A DNA stretch of 64,000 nt from Methanothermococcus sp. Ax23 (GCF_049075655.1 NZ_CP157522.1:1280001-1344000); one strand, 5' to 3'. Counted from the stretch's first letter, positions 39,046 to 49,497 are shown. The notes: generated by a model not told the origin, from the letters alone. Program-made: numbers and translations.

Positions 39046-40317
39046 TTATTGGTTATTATCATTACCATTATTATTTTCCATTTCCATTCTTTCGAGCTCC
39101 TCCACTAGTAATGTAATAAATACTCCTACATCAGTGACTACTCCTATTGCCTGGGAGGTTCCCCTATCCATTAATTTTGTTACAGTATCTGAATTGATAT
39201 CCACACATACGGTTTTTATGTATGATGGCATTAGATTTCCAGTAGCTATGGAATGTAATAATGTAGCCATCATAATTACCATTTTTTTATCGAGTATTGC
39301 TTCTCTCATCTTGTTTTGAGCATCGATAATATTTGGAATAACATCTGGAAGAGGTCCATCGTCCCTTATACTACCTGCAAGCACATAAGGAACATTATTT
39401 TTTACACACTCATACATAATTCCGCTTTTAAGTATGCCCTGTTCAACGGCATTTTTGATACTACCTGCCCTCATAATGGTATTTATGGCATATATGTGGT
39501 GCTTATGACCTCCAAGAACAGGTTTTCCAGTTTTTATATTCACTCCAAGGGAGGTTCCATATAAAACACTTTCCATATCATGAGTTGCAAGAGCATTTCC
39601 TGCAAGAAGTGCCTGAATATAACCCATTCTAATGAGTTTTGCGAGAGCAGGGCCCCCACCTGTGTGTATTACCGCAGGACCTGCTACAATAGCTATTCCC
39701 CCTTTCCCTGTTTTTTTGTATTCTTCTCTTATCTGATACATTTCTTTTGCTATTTTTCTTATAATTGCCTGTTTAGGCTTTTCAGCAGATACCTCAGAGT
39801 TCATAAATTCAAATAACTCCCCTTTTTCCCTTGGTCTCTCTGGCGGCATAACTCTAATACCCTTATGCCCTACAACAATTAAATCCCCCTTCTTAATGTC
39901 TCTCATAACCTTTGTTTCTGCCCTTTTTTCGTTGGGATAAACTACAATTACTGCGTCCATCTTTGGTTTTTCAACTTCTATCCATTCATTGTTGTATTTT
40001 ATATATGTTGGATGGTTCGTTGTTGAATAAAATCCATCAGGTAAAACTTTGTCCTGTTCAGCTGGTTTTATCTCTACATTTTCAATTTCTGGAATTTCCG
40101 CCCCTATATTTTGCAGTTCTTCCAGTATCCTATCAAGATGAGCCTGATTTTTACCAATTACCAATAATTTTGCATAGGATGGGTCAGTCTTTCTTTTTCC
40201 TATATCAAACTCTAAAACCTTATAATCTCCATCGAGCTCCAAAATTGTATCAAATGCCTTTGGAAGTATTAAATTATCAATAATGTGCCCTCTTAATTCA
40301 ATTTCCCTAGCAAACAT
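39046..40317 (-). CDS. TIGR00300-family LOR/SDH protein (archaeal ornithine cyclodeaminase type)
   Basis: GHIID, FYSTTNHPT, GNALATHD, AGSIRDDGPLP, TKLMDRG. Confidence 0.85.
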   Translation of the reverse strand: MFAREIELRGHIIDNLILPKAFDTILELDGDYKVLEFDIGKRKTDPSYAKLLVIGKNQAHLDRILEELQNIGAEIPEIENVEIKPAEQDKVLPDGFYSTTNHPTYIKYNNEWIEVEKPKMDAVIVVYPNEKRAETKVMRDIKKGDLIVVGHKGIRVMPPERPREKGELFEFMNSEVSAEKPKQAIIRKIAKEMYQIREEYKKTGKGGIAIVAGPAVIHTGGGPALAKLIRMGYIQALLAGNALATHDMESVLYGTSLGVNIKTGKPVLGGHKHHIYAINTIMRAGSIKNAVEQGILKSGIMYECVKNNVPYVLAGSIRDDGPLPDVIPNIIDAQNKMREAILDKKMVIMMATLLHSIATGNLMPSYIKTVCVDINSDTVTKLMDRGTSQAIGVVTDVGVFITLLVEELERMEMENNNGNDNNQ

Positions 40318-40379
40318 AGAATCACCAAGTTTTTATTTTCTCCACCATATGACTAATATTGCAAATATTACAATATATT

Positions 40380-41264
40380 TTATAATATAAATGAGTAATG
40401 TTCCCTTTTAATCTCTGGAACATCTGCAAAACAATCGGAAGTTATTGAGTTTAGCATAAATCCATCCATACCTTTTAAATTAACTAAGAGACATCCCTTT
40501 ATTGTGATGTTAATATTCGGAGCTCTCCTTCTCATCTCATCCACAAGTAAAAGAAGGTCCTTAATCTTTCCAACTTTATCAATATCTCCGACATTTTTTA
40601 AATCCATTAAATTTTTGTCATGCACGATTAATTGATGAATCATCATCTCTTTAACATCAGTGTTATTGTTTAGTATCTCTGCCAGCTCAATAAGTTCATT
40701 TTCATTAAAATTTGGAATATATATGCTCCTCACAATGGTGTGTATATATTTTGACGATAGTTTTATATTATTTAAAACCTTTTCGAAAGTATCTGAATTT
40801 GTAAGAATTTTATGAGTTTCAGGTTTTGAAGCACTTAAACTTATCATTACAATGTCAAGCCCCATTTCCTTAAATTCTTTTATTAACTCCTCATTTAAAT
40901 TGACTCCATTTGTCTGTAAATCACACCTTAAATTTAGTGATTTTGTAAATTCTATTGCCTTTTTAACCTTATCAGGATAAGTAAGCGGCTCTCCATATTG
41001 ACTAATTGTTATTCCAGTATGTCCTTTGGTGTCAGGATTATCAGGGTCAATCCCATAAATTCCTGATTTTATTTTTAATAATTTTGAATAACAAAATATA
41101 CAATCATGTTCGCACTTTTGAGTTATTTCTATTGACGGGTGGTGGTGCGGATTTTTATTATTTAAATCAAGCCCTTCACAACCGATACAGTGTTTTGATA
41201 CCTTTAAATTTTTCACAATAGACTCTAATTTATCGCAAATTTCATTTCTTAGAACAATTTTCAA
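40380..41264 (-). CDS. Radical SAM protein
   Basis: CEHDCIFC motif, QYGEP, QTNG, extra N-terminal CIGC. Confidence 0.88.
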   Translation of the reverse strand: MKIVLRNEICDKLESIVKNLKVSKHCIGCEGLDLNNKNPHHHPSIEITQKCEHDCIFCYSKLLKIKSGIYGIDPDNPDTKGHTGITISQYGEPLTYPDKVKKAIEFTKSLNLRCDLQTNGVNLNEELIKEFKEMGLDIVMISLSASKPETHKILTNSDTFEKVLNNIKLSSKYIHTIVRSIYIPNFNENELIELAEILNNNTDVKEMMIHQLIVHDKNLMDLKNVGDIDKVGKIKDLLLLVDEMRRRAPNINITIKGCLLVNLKGMDGFMLNSITSDCFADVPEIKREHYSFIL

Positions 41265-41273
41265 TATCTCACC

Positions 41274-41762
41274 TTAATCCAATAAGTGTTTTAAGATATG
41301 TCCAGTTTCTTTTTTTATTATATTCATTGCAGTTTTACAGGCGTTTAATGAACCGGGTAGTGCATATATTATTTTATTTCGGTAAATTCCAGCAGTTGCC
41401 CTTGAAAGAACTGTTGCATACCCTACCTCATTGTAGCTTAAATTGTGGAATACTATTTTAAATCCGTCGAGCTCCTTCTCAAATAACTCTCTCAACACAT
41501 CGGGTGTGTTGTCCCTGTTTGATATTCCAGTTCCCCCAGTAATTACGATGCTATCTATGTCAAAAAAATCTATTATATGATTTATTAAACCTTTCAACAT
41601 GTCTTTGTTATCGGGAATTAGTGCGTAATATTGAGCATTTAATTCATCCCTTAAATAATTCCCTGATTTATCATCAACATTCTTTCCAGATAGGAGCTCA
41701 TTAAATCTACTATCACTTACAGTTATTACTGCATATTTTACATTTTCCAATCCTTTGTGCAT
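41274..41762 (-). CDS. mogA: Molybdopterin adenylyltransferase MogA/MoaB
   Basis: ITVSD, DKSG, TGGTG..RDNTP, SRATAG, LPGS. Confidence 0.9.
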   Translation of the reverse strand: MHKGLENVKYAVITVSDSRFNELLSGKNVDDKSGNYLRDELNAQYYALIPDNKDMLKGLINHIIDFFDIDSIVITGGTGISNRDNTPDVLRELFEKELDGFKIVFHNLSYNEVGYATVLSRATAGIYRNKIIYALPGSLNACKTAMNIIKKETGHILKHLLD

Positions 41763-41959
41763 AGTTTCACCTTTTTAAACATATGGATATATATTTATCA
41801 ATGAAATTAGAGAAATTATAAAATAATAAAAATTATTTTTTTTTGATTATGGTTTATAGATATTTTACACGCCGTTTAAAACTGTTTAGTTTTTTGTGAG
41901 TGTATGGGAGCATTTAGTTTTCGAAATGTTTATATAGTATTTTCATGCATAGTTTATAG

Positions 41960-42175
41960 TGTCAATCTAATCAACCCCAAGACTTTCCTAAACCTCTTTT
42001 AAACATGTTAAAACATCCAACAAATTGTCGAATTGATGGGTGGAGCTGGGGTCCCCACGACAGGGGAGGAGACCGATGACATGCTCCCAATGAACCCAGA
42101 GGGATATAAGGTTGATGACGCCCAAGTCCAATATGGGCATTTACTCACCAACGCTTACATTGGACAGACCCCATA
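41960..42175 (+). ncRNA. Candidate structured non-coding RNA, family unknown
   Basis: GC-rich intergenic island with several long-range helices; BRE/TATA CGAAATG-TTTATATA at 41922-41936; strand not certain. Confidence 0.6.
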
Positions 42176-42333
42176 TAATAATTTAACTTTAAAAAAACAA
42201 AATTATACTTTTGATGTAAAATAAAGATATGTAATATATATCATGTAAAAAAATATTTTTATAAGGTTATAGGATTACAACGTAATAAAACGCTTTATTT
42301 ATTAATTATATATTATTTTCACAATTTTCATAA

Positions 42334-43182
42334 TTATTCAATATCACAATGTCCTTCAAAATATTTTTTTAAATTTCTTCTTACTTCACCTATTGTATAT
42401 CCCATTTTTATTGGTACATTATCCTCTCGGTTTAATATCTCAATTAAATGTGCCACCCTTGGAAGTCTCAAATTTGCTTTTCTAATTATTTCGCTGTCGT
42501 TAAATACCACCTTTGGTTCCCCTTCTTTTATTATTTGCCCTTCGCTCATAATATATACTTTATTTGCATATATTGGCACTAAATCAACATCATGGGTGGA
42601 TATTATAATAGTAATACCCTTTTTATTTAAATTATATAATAATTTCATAATATGGGAAGCTCCAATTGGGTCCAATCCTGCTGTTGGTTCGTCCAATACA
42701 ATTACTTCTGGTTCCATTGCCAAAATTCCTGCTATGGCCACTCTTTTTTTCTGCCCTCCGCTTAAATGGTGTGGTGGTTTATTTTCAAATTGTTCCATAC
42801 CAACTGCCTTTAACGCCTCTTTTACTCTTTTTTCAACTTCTTCCTTGCTAAGTCCTAAATTTAAAGGTCCAAATGCCACATCCTGCTTCACTGTTGGGGC
42901 AAATAGCTGGTCGTCGGAATTCTGAAAGACTATTCCAACGGTTTTTCTAACTTCCAATAAGGATTTACTATTGTATTTTATTGGTTTTCCTTTAACTAAT
43001 ACATTCCCCTTATAGGGCTTTAATATGCCATTAAAATGTAAAAATAATGTACTCTTACCTGCACCATTGGGTCCCAAAAGTGCAACCATTTCTCCTTTTT
43101 CTGCTTTAAAATTTATTCCATTTAATGCCTCTGTTCCATCAGGATACTTATAATATAAATTTTCTACTTCAAGAATGCCCAT
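42334..43182 (-). CDS. cbiO: ECF-type cobalt transporter ATPase
   Basis: [30 protein letters not shown]; GGTGA RBS. Confidence 0.92.
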   Translation of the reverse strand: MGILEVENLYYKYPDGTEALNGINFKAEKGEMVALLGPNGAGKSTLFLHFNGILKPYKGNVLVKGKPIKYNSKSLLEVRKTVGIVFQNSDDQLFAPTVKQDVAFGPLNLGLSKEEVEKRVKEALKAVGMEQFENKPPHHLSGGQKKRVAIAGILAMEPEVIVLDEPTAGLDPIGASHIMKLLYNLNKKGITIIISTHDVDLVPIYANKVYIMSEGQIIKEGEPKVVFNDSEIIRKANLRLPRVAHLIEILNREDNVPIKMGYTIGEVRRNLKKYFEGHCDIE

Positions 43183-43193
43183 TATTTCACCTG

Positions 43194-44024
43194 TTATTTT
43201 ATTGGAATCAAACGCCAAATATAATTTGAAATCTTTTTAGTTAATTCATTAAGGATATTATCAATGTTTTTATTTTCAAATATTTGGTTAAAATTTTCAA
43301 TATTATCAAATTTTACTTCAATATTTTCATTGTTATTAGATGATTTTATTTTTACAACAACAAAATCGTTATTTAAATGTAAATTTATATATCCGTATAT
43401 TTCACTAAGAAGAAAATTAAAACCTTTTTCTACATTATCAACGCCTGTGCTTGAATATAAATCGTAATGAACATTTCTATGGCATTCCCTACATAATGTT
43501 ATTAAATTATCAAAATTATTATTCTTTGAATTTTTATCAATGTGATGTATTTCTAAATAAGAATATCCACACTTATCACATTTATATTGGTTTTCTAAAA
43601 TTAGATTGTCTTTCACATCCTCAGAAACAATCCTAAATTCTGATTCTACATCTTTCTCAATCTCTTCCATAGTCATTTTAGCAAGTTTATAGGATAAAAC
43701 ATATTTTAGTCTCCGTAATACTGCATCTTTTATAAAATCCTCGTCATAAATCAACATATTTTCTGATTTTGAATATATTGTAATAACTAATTTACCCTCT
43801 GAAATTTTTTGAATAGTTGTAAAAAGGAAATTATCGTATTCATCAATCTTATCGGAAATATGGGTCCTATAATGGCATTGTTTGCATAGTATTTTAAAAC
43901 TTCCATTTTTTGAAATGTGTATTTGCAAATATTCATGTTCGCATATATTGCATTTATATCCATCCCTTTCTAAAATTTTTTTTCTAATTCTGGAAGGAAG
44001 TCCTTTATTTTTTACATTGCTCAT
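43194..44024 (-). CDS. Protein with two HNH endonuclease-like modules
   Basis: RDGYKCNIC..LQIH..LCKQCH and CDKC..LEIHHID..N..NLITLCRECH. Confidence 0.8.
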   Translation of the reverse strand: MSNVKNKGLPSRIRKKILERDGYKCNICEHEYLQIHISKNGSFKILCKQCHYRTHISDKIDEYDNFLFTTIQKISEGKLVITIYSKSENMLIYDEDFIKDAVLRRLKYVLSYKLAKMTMEEIEKDVESEFRIVSEDVKDNLILENQYKCDKCGYSYLEIHHIDKNSKNNNFDNLITLCRECHRNVHYDLYSSTGVDNVEKGFNFLLSEIYGYINLHLNNDFVVVKIKSSNNNENIEVKFDNIENFNQIFENKNIDNILNELTKKISNYIWRLIPIK

Positions 44025-44049
44025 GATACCCCATATTCTAAATTATTAT

Positions 44050-44844
44050 TTAAACTAGTTTAAAATCCTTTGTTATATATGCTAATGTTATCAATATTAT
44101 TTCAAACAGCCCCATCATTAATAAATATTTCAACTCAGGATTTTCTATGTTTCCAAGTATTTTTAAATCTCCATTATATCCCCGTGAGCTCATAGTTATA
44201 AATAATGTTTCTCCCCTATCCCATGTTCTTATAAACAGATTTGATGCAAGTAGTCCAAGTGATTTATAAGTTGTTTTTAAATTTCTATATCCTAATCTAG
44301 TTTTTTGGGCATTCTCCGTTCTAATCATTTCCTCCAATAAAACAAACACATATCTATACATCATCATAGCAATATCCAACATGGCATTTGGAACCCTCAT
44401 CTCCTTCAATACATAAAAGAGCTCAGTCATAGGGGTGGTTAATGTCAAAAATAATGTTGAAGCCACGCCACCAAGCATCCTACTAAATACCAACAATCCG
44501 AGCTCAGCCCCATACCTATACAATGAAATATCAAAACCAAATAAATTTAATGAAAATAATGCATCCCCCTGACCATATATGAATGCCATAAGAATTACTG
44601 TGATTAATCCAAATCCAATCGGAGCTCCCATGAATTTTAAATAAATGTTTTTTGGAACTTTTGCCTTAAACAGTGTTAAATAAACCATTATAGATGCAAT
44701 AATAAGGGGAACAATAACCGATTTAGAAAAAACACAAATCAACAATGTAGATATTGAAAATATTACCTTCAATTTTGGATTTACATGCCTTAATTTGTTG
44801 TAATGTGCTATATTGTCAATAATATTTTGTAGCAAAACCTTCAC
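44050..44844 (-). CDS. cbiQ: ECF-type cobalt transporter T component
   Basis: NPKLK, TTPMTELF, YRYVF, AQKTRLGY, MSSRGY. Confidence 0.92.
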   Translation of the reverse strand: MKVLLQNIIDNIAHYNKLRHVNPKLKVIFSISTLLICVFSKSVIVPLIIASIMVYLTLFKAKVPKNIYLKFMGAPIGFGLITVILMAFIYGQGDALFSLNLFGFDISLYRYGAELGLLVFSRMLGGVASTLFLTLTTPMTELFYVLKEMRVPNAMLDIAMMMYRYVFVLLEEMIRTENAQKTRLGYRNLKTTYKSLGLLASNLFIRTWDRGETLFITMSSRGYNGDLKILGNIENPELKYLLMMGLFEIILITLAYITKDFKLV

Positions 44845-44910
44845 CTGTAAATTTTAAATTTTAATAATGGTAAAACAAATATAAAAAAGAAATAATTAAA
44901 AAAATAATTA

Positions 44911-45839
44911 TAGTGTGGGTCATATTACACCCTAACCTCTAAGACTTTCATATAAGGATAACCTCTGGTAATTAGATTATATAATGCTAAAACCTGTGCA
45001 GAAGCCACTGCACAGAAGCAGAATATTTTTTTACGAACATAACCCTTAACATTTGTCCAATACTTATTCATAAATCTATTCTTTAATATCGAATTGGTAT
45101 GTTCTATTTTAACTCTTATCTTAGAGACTTCTTTCGGAAGTTTCTTTTTGTTTTTCTTACCTAATCTCCGTGGATTATGGGCAGTTATTAGTTCGTTTTG
45201 GTATAACTCCTTAGCTTTTTTTTAAATCTTTTGAATCATAGCCCGCATCTGCGCAGGATTTTTTGGTAGATACTAACAATTTATCAGCCACTTTAACGTC
45301 ATGAGTATTTGCCGCGGTAAATTCTGCTCTCAATGGTATTCCTCGCTTATCCACTGCTAAGTGTAATTTAAAGCCTTTGAATATCCCTTCACTATTGTAT
45401 CCTATTTTTCCATCTTTGTCCATTTCATCCCTTATTGGAGTACTATCATATATTGACCATTCAGGATTATTCAGTTCAATATATTTATCACCTAATAAAG
45501 TAATTATTGCATGCAATTCTTCATCAAGGGATTTTTTCCATCTATCGATGGTTCTCCTACCAGGACAAGATTTAAATCCCAATGTTTTTAAAATCTGAGG
45601 ATTATTTTGTAAGTGTAATACTAACGCTCTATTTGAGTGTATGCCTTTTAAAAAGGCATACACTAATAGTTTAAGCCTCAACTCTAAATTATATCCTTTC
45701 CTCCCTACCTTTCTTCGTTTAGGGATTCTATTAATTAAATCTGATGTAATTATCTTATTTACCACTTCCTCAGCCTTCATAATATCGTCTTTTTTATAAT
45801 ATTATATTTAGTATAGGTTATATATTTTGACCCATACTA
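44911..45839 (-). mobile_element. DDE insertion sequence (IS5/IS4-superfamily-like) between cbiN and cbiQ
   Basis: Inverted repeats TAGTGTGGGTCA and TGACCCATACTA; 9-bp target duplication AAATAATTA (44902-44910, 45840-45848). Confidence 0.9.
44930..45780 (-). pseudogene. Frameshifted DDE transposase
   Basis: YDSTP, GFKLH, ADAGYD in 45211-45780; RVKIEHTN continues in the +1 frame after an A8 run near 45216-45223; probable second shift near 45030. Confidence 0.8.
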
Positions 45840-45850
45840 AAATAATTATA

Positions 45851-46144
45851 TTATGCAGAATATACTTTTCTAGCTTTGAAGTAGCCTATATAGTATCCAA
45901 TAATTATAGCACCAATTGCAGCCTGTAATGCGAACAATAAACTTTCAATTTCCCCACTTGGTGGTTCCCATATTGGATGGAACCATGGATGATAGTTAGG
46001 ATTCATCTCTTCAATTGCTTCTCCTCCCGCATCATCTGAACCTCCAAAATAACCATCATGCTCACCATGTCCCGCATACATTACAAGGGGTGCCACTGTT
46101 AAAATAATTACACCCAATATCATTGCTATGTGTTTTCCTTCCAT
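45851..46144 (-). CDS. cbiN: Cobalt transport protein CbiN
   Basis: FGGSDD, PWFHPIWEPPSGEIESLLFALQAAIGA. Confidence 0.95.
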   Translation of the reverse strand: MEGKHIAMILGVIILTVAPLVMYAGHGEHDGYFGGSDDAGGEAIEEMNPNYHPWFHPIWEPPSGEIESLLFALQAAIGAIIIGYYIGYFKARKVYSA

Positions 46145-46842
46145 TATTCAGCACCTCCACTTGGTACTGCTGAGTAATTAGGAACTTCGCTTTCATCGAT
46201 TACTCCTAATTTCAAAAGTATATCAGGTCTTAATTCTTTAATTTTATCCCACAACAATGCTGTTAATAAACCTTCTGCTATTGCAAGTGGAACTTGTGTG
46301 ACTGCATATATTCCTAAAAATACCGTCAATGTGTGTATTGGGTCTGAACCTGGAAATGCCAGTGTAAGTTGAACTGCTGTGGTAATGTAAGTTACCCAGT
46401 CTGCAATAATTGCCACTATCATTACAACCCATGTTGAGTTCATTTTTCCCTTTAAAGCTTTCCATACTAACCATCCTGCAAATGGACCCATTATACCCAT
46501 TGAGAATATATTGGCTCCAAGTGTGGTTATACCACCATGTGCTAACAATGTAGCTTGGAATATTAAAACAATAGTTGCTAACACTGAAGTAACTGCTGGA
46601 CCAAATAAAACTGCACCAAATCCATTTCCGCAAGGGTGGGAACAGCTTCCCGTTACAGAAGGCATTTTTAAGGAACTCAGTATAAACATAAATGCCCCCG
46701 CAACTGCTATCAATGGTTTTGCCTCTGGATTTTCTTTAAATATTTTATTCAATTGCATAATACCATATGCCACTACTGTACCAGATATTACAAACCAAAT
46801 TCCACACCACATTGGTGGTAGGAACCCTTCCATTATGTGCAA
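46144..46842 (-). CDS. cbiM: Cobalt ECF transporter S component
   Basis: MHIMEGFLP signature (GTG start), GSCSHP, HGGITTLGAN. Confidence 0.95.
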   Translation of the reverse strand: MHIMEGFLPPMWCGIWFVISGTVVAYGIMQLNKIFKENPEAKPLIAVAGAFMFILSSLKMPSVTGSCSHPCGNGFGAVLFGPAVTSVLATIVLIFQATLLAHGGITTLGANIFSMGIMGPFAGWLVWKALKGKMNSTWVVMIVAIIADWVTYITTAVQLTLAFPGSDPIHTLTVFLGIYAVTQVPLAIAEGLLTALLWDKIKELRPDILLKLGVIDESEVPNYSAVPSGGAE

Positions 46843-47016
46843 GATATCACCTCACGGCATATATAAAATCCATATGTTATTAAAGTATAGTTAAAAAATA
46901 TACATTTTCCTTTAATTAATCTAATATATAAATTTAACTATTTTTTATTGATGTTAAAATTATGTTTATATGTATTATTAAATAATTTAAGTATATCAAA
47001 ATAAAACTGTGAGAAC

Positions 47017-47790
47017 ATGAATAGGAAATTGGCAAAATATTATGATAACCTGGCAAAAGAATATAATAAGCTGTATTATGGGAGTAAATTGAAGTGGATG
47101 AGAGAAATAGAAAATATAGTGATGGAAAATGAAATTAAAAGGGATTATTTAGTTCTTGATATTGGATGCGGAACAGGTGAGCAGTTGCAAAAATTGAATA
47201 ATAATCCTGCCATAGGTCTCGATATATCCATAGAAATGGCAAAAATAGCACACAGTAAAACAAATAAATTCGTTGTAGTGGGGGATGCCGAAAACCTCCC
47301 ATTTAAAAGTAAAACCTTTGACTGTGTAATATCATTTTTCGGAGCTCTGAATCATGTGCAATTGAACCGAGCTCTGAAAGAGATAAGACGAGTTTTAAAA
47401 GATGATGGGATTTTAATATTTACCGTTGCAAATGTCTATGATATAAGATGGATACTTAAAACCCTAAGGCGAAAAGGAATAAAAAGCACAAAAAAAGCTG
47501 TTAAAAATAAAAAAGGGGAGATTGTAAAGTTCATAGATGGAAAAAGAATAAAGGTAAAAACAAAATTTTATGATTTAAATGATATTGAAAATGCACTGAA
47601 TAAGTATGATTTTCATATAAACTACACATTTGGAACAAATATTACAAATTCATTTATAGACAAATTCATTTATAAAAGCTTTTTAAAGAACTTTGGATGC
47701 TATATCGGAGTTGTTGCAAAGAAAATTAATTTAACTGACAGTGTGATTATGATATTCCTTTCTTTATTAGTTCTTTACCACACTTTTTAA
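47017..47790 (+). CDS. Class I SAM-dependent methyltransferase, C-terminus extended into an IS
   Basis: LDIGCGTG, GDAENLPF, EIRRVLK. Confidence 0.9.
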   Translation: MNRKLAKYYDNLAKEYNKLYYGSKLKWMREIENIVMENEIKRDYLVLDIGCGTGEQLQKLNNNPAIGLDISIEMAKIAHSKTNKFVVVGDAENLPFKSKTFDCVISFFGALNHVQLNRALKEIRRVLKDDGILIFTVANVYDIRWILKTLRRKGIKSTKKAVKNKKGEIVKFIDGKRIKVKTKFYDLNDIENALNKYDFHINYTFGTNITNSFIDKFIYKSFLKNFGCYIGVVAKKINLTDSVIMIFLSLLVLYHTF

Positions 47791-48889
47791 CGATTTCATA
47801 AAACGATAATCCATAGTTGTAGCTTAAGTATTCGATGCAGTTTGATACTACCGCCATAAATCTAATGAATCCAATATTACTCTTTTCAGAAGTTATGTAA
47901 TTCCCTTCAACTTCTAAAATCGATTTATCCCTTTTATGTTTTTCTTCTATCTTTGGTCTCTTCATATACTCGATTATAATGTTCTCCGCCTTCTTTTTAT
48001 AGTTTGTAGAGACTAAATACTTAGGTTTTTTCTGATTTTCCATTTGCACAGCAACGATTTTAACCTTGCCAACATTTGGAATATTCACAATCCTATCGGA
48101 TAATTTGAACTCTATTCCATTAATCGTCCTTAATTTGAACTTTCTTTTTTGAAAATCCTTTTCGAACAATTCTTCCACTTTAACCTTCTTACTGAAAAAC
48201 TCGATTATAATGTTTTTCCTAAGTTTGCCAATGTATTCGATTCCCAATCCCTTACATCCCTTTAGAATTTTCTTTGTTGTGATAAAACTGTCCCCTATAA
48301 CCGTCCTGATGTTAGTTTGAGATAAAAATTCAATGATTTCAATAAATATGTTTGTGGATTTTTTGTCGAGTGGTTTTATCGTAGTGTGAATAGTATAAAG
48401 CCCTTTTTTTTGTGATAGATACAGCAGTTTATTTGCTCTTGATATAGTTTGCTATGATTTTCGATGTAATTGTATCTAATACTACAACCATAAATATTTT
48501 CACTCCATCTTCTTAATAATGTTGAATCGATTATTGCAGCGTATTTAAATCTATTGTCATTCAAAATGTCGGGAAGGTTTAATAATTGAGCGTATAAGTA
48601 AAACTCTTCTTCGAAGAGTTTTTGCAAGTTTTTAACGATAGTTGTTCTGTGGATTTTTGAAATACTTTCTGAAAATGCTTTAATAGTTTTTATCGGCGTT
48701 AACGTTCTAACCAATGCAAACTTAGATAATTCTTCCGAACAGTTAAATCCTAAACTATTTATAGAATTAGTGAGCATATTACTTAATGTCTTTAGCATGC
48801 TGAATTCACCGTTTTTTAATGAGATATTTAACTACTACCTATTTCTATTTTTTGATTTTAAAGATGGTATTGTTAATTCACACTGTCAG
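47735..48889 (-). mobile_element. DDE insertion sequence (IS701/ISH3-like or unclassified)
   Basis: Perfect 12-bp inverted repeats CTGACAGTGTGA and TCACACTGTCAG; 7-bp target duplication AATTTAA (47728-47734, 48890-48896). Confidence 0.92.
47747..48798 (-). CDS. DDE transposase split by a -1 frameshift
   Basis: IIDST in ORF1; VIGDS and RPKIEE in the -1 frame; junction at A AAA AAG near 48403-48411. Confidence 0.75.
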
Positions 48890-48990
48890 AATTTAAGTTA
48901 ATGTTTTTGTATTTGGTTCTTTATGGTTATTTGGAGTAAGTTAAACATCCACAAAATAAAATTAAAAGTAAAAAAATAGAAAAAAAGTTT

Positions 48991-49497
48991 TTATTTTTTC
49001 GTCATTCTTAACGTTATTAATGGAATTGCTATTAATGTTAATATTATTGCTCCTAAAGGGGTTGGGGATTTTGTTATTTGTGTTGGGGTTGGTGTATCTG
49101 GTGCATTATATTTTATAATTAATGTCATGTTAAGAGTACTAGGATAATGTGGATAAACAGTACCGTACCTAAAGGTTATCTTACCATTCTTTAGTACTCT
49201 ATTTTTATCTAAGTTATAGGTATTTATCTTATTTATAGGATCACCTATTCCCCCTATTAAAAAATTATAATCCCAGGAATCAGGATAATAAAACATTATT
49301 ATATCAGTACAATATGCCTTTAATGTTATACTTGTTATATTACTTGAATTTATATTTGGTGGTATATTGTAAGAAAATGAATATACCGCCGAATCAGTAA
49401 TCTGTTCGGATGTTGAATAAATCAGTGTCTTTTCTTCCCCATAAACTACTCCACTTAAAAGAAAAATACATAAGAAAGTAAAAAATAATCTTTTCAT
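48991..49497 (-). CDS. Small secreted protein with PIP-CTERM-like anchor
   Basis: Signal peptide, Pro/Thr linker, KSPTP + hydrophobic helix + basic tail. Confidence 0.75.
   Translation of the reverse strand: MKRLFFTFLCIFLLSGVVYGEEKTLIYSTSEQITDSAVYSFSYNIPPNINSSNITSITLKAYCTDIIMFYYPDSWDYNFLIGGIGDPINKINTYNLDKNRVLKNGKITFRYGTVYPHYPSTLNMTLIIKYNAPDTPTPTQITKSPTPLGAIILTLIAIPLITLRMTKK

Noticed and set aside
42071-42140. Hammerhead ribozyme or canonical C/D sRNA
   Set aside because: GATGA motifs are present but there is no CTGATGA..GAAA core and no CTGA D boxes at the right spacing
42033-42224. 63-aa ORF
   Set aside because: TTG start without a clear RBS, no recognisable family, and it overlaps a GC-rich paired region better explained as RNA; not fully excluded
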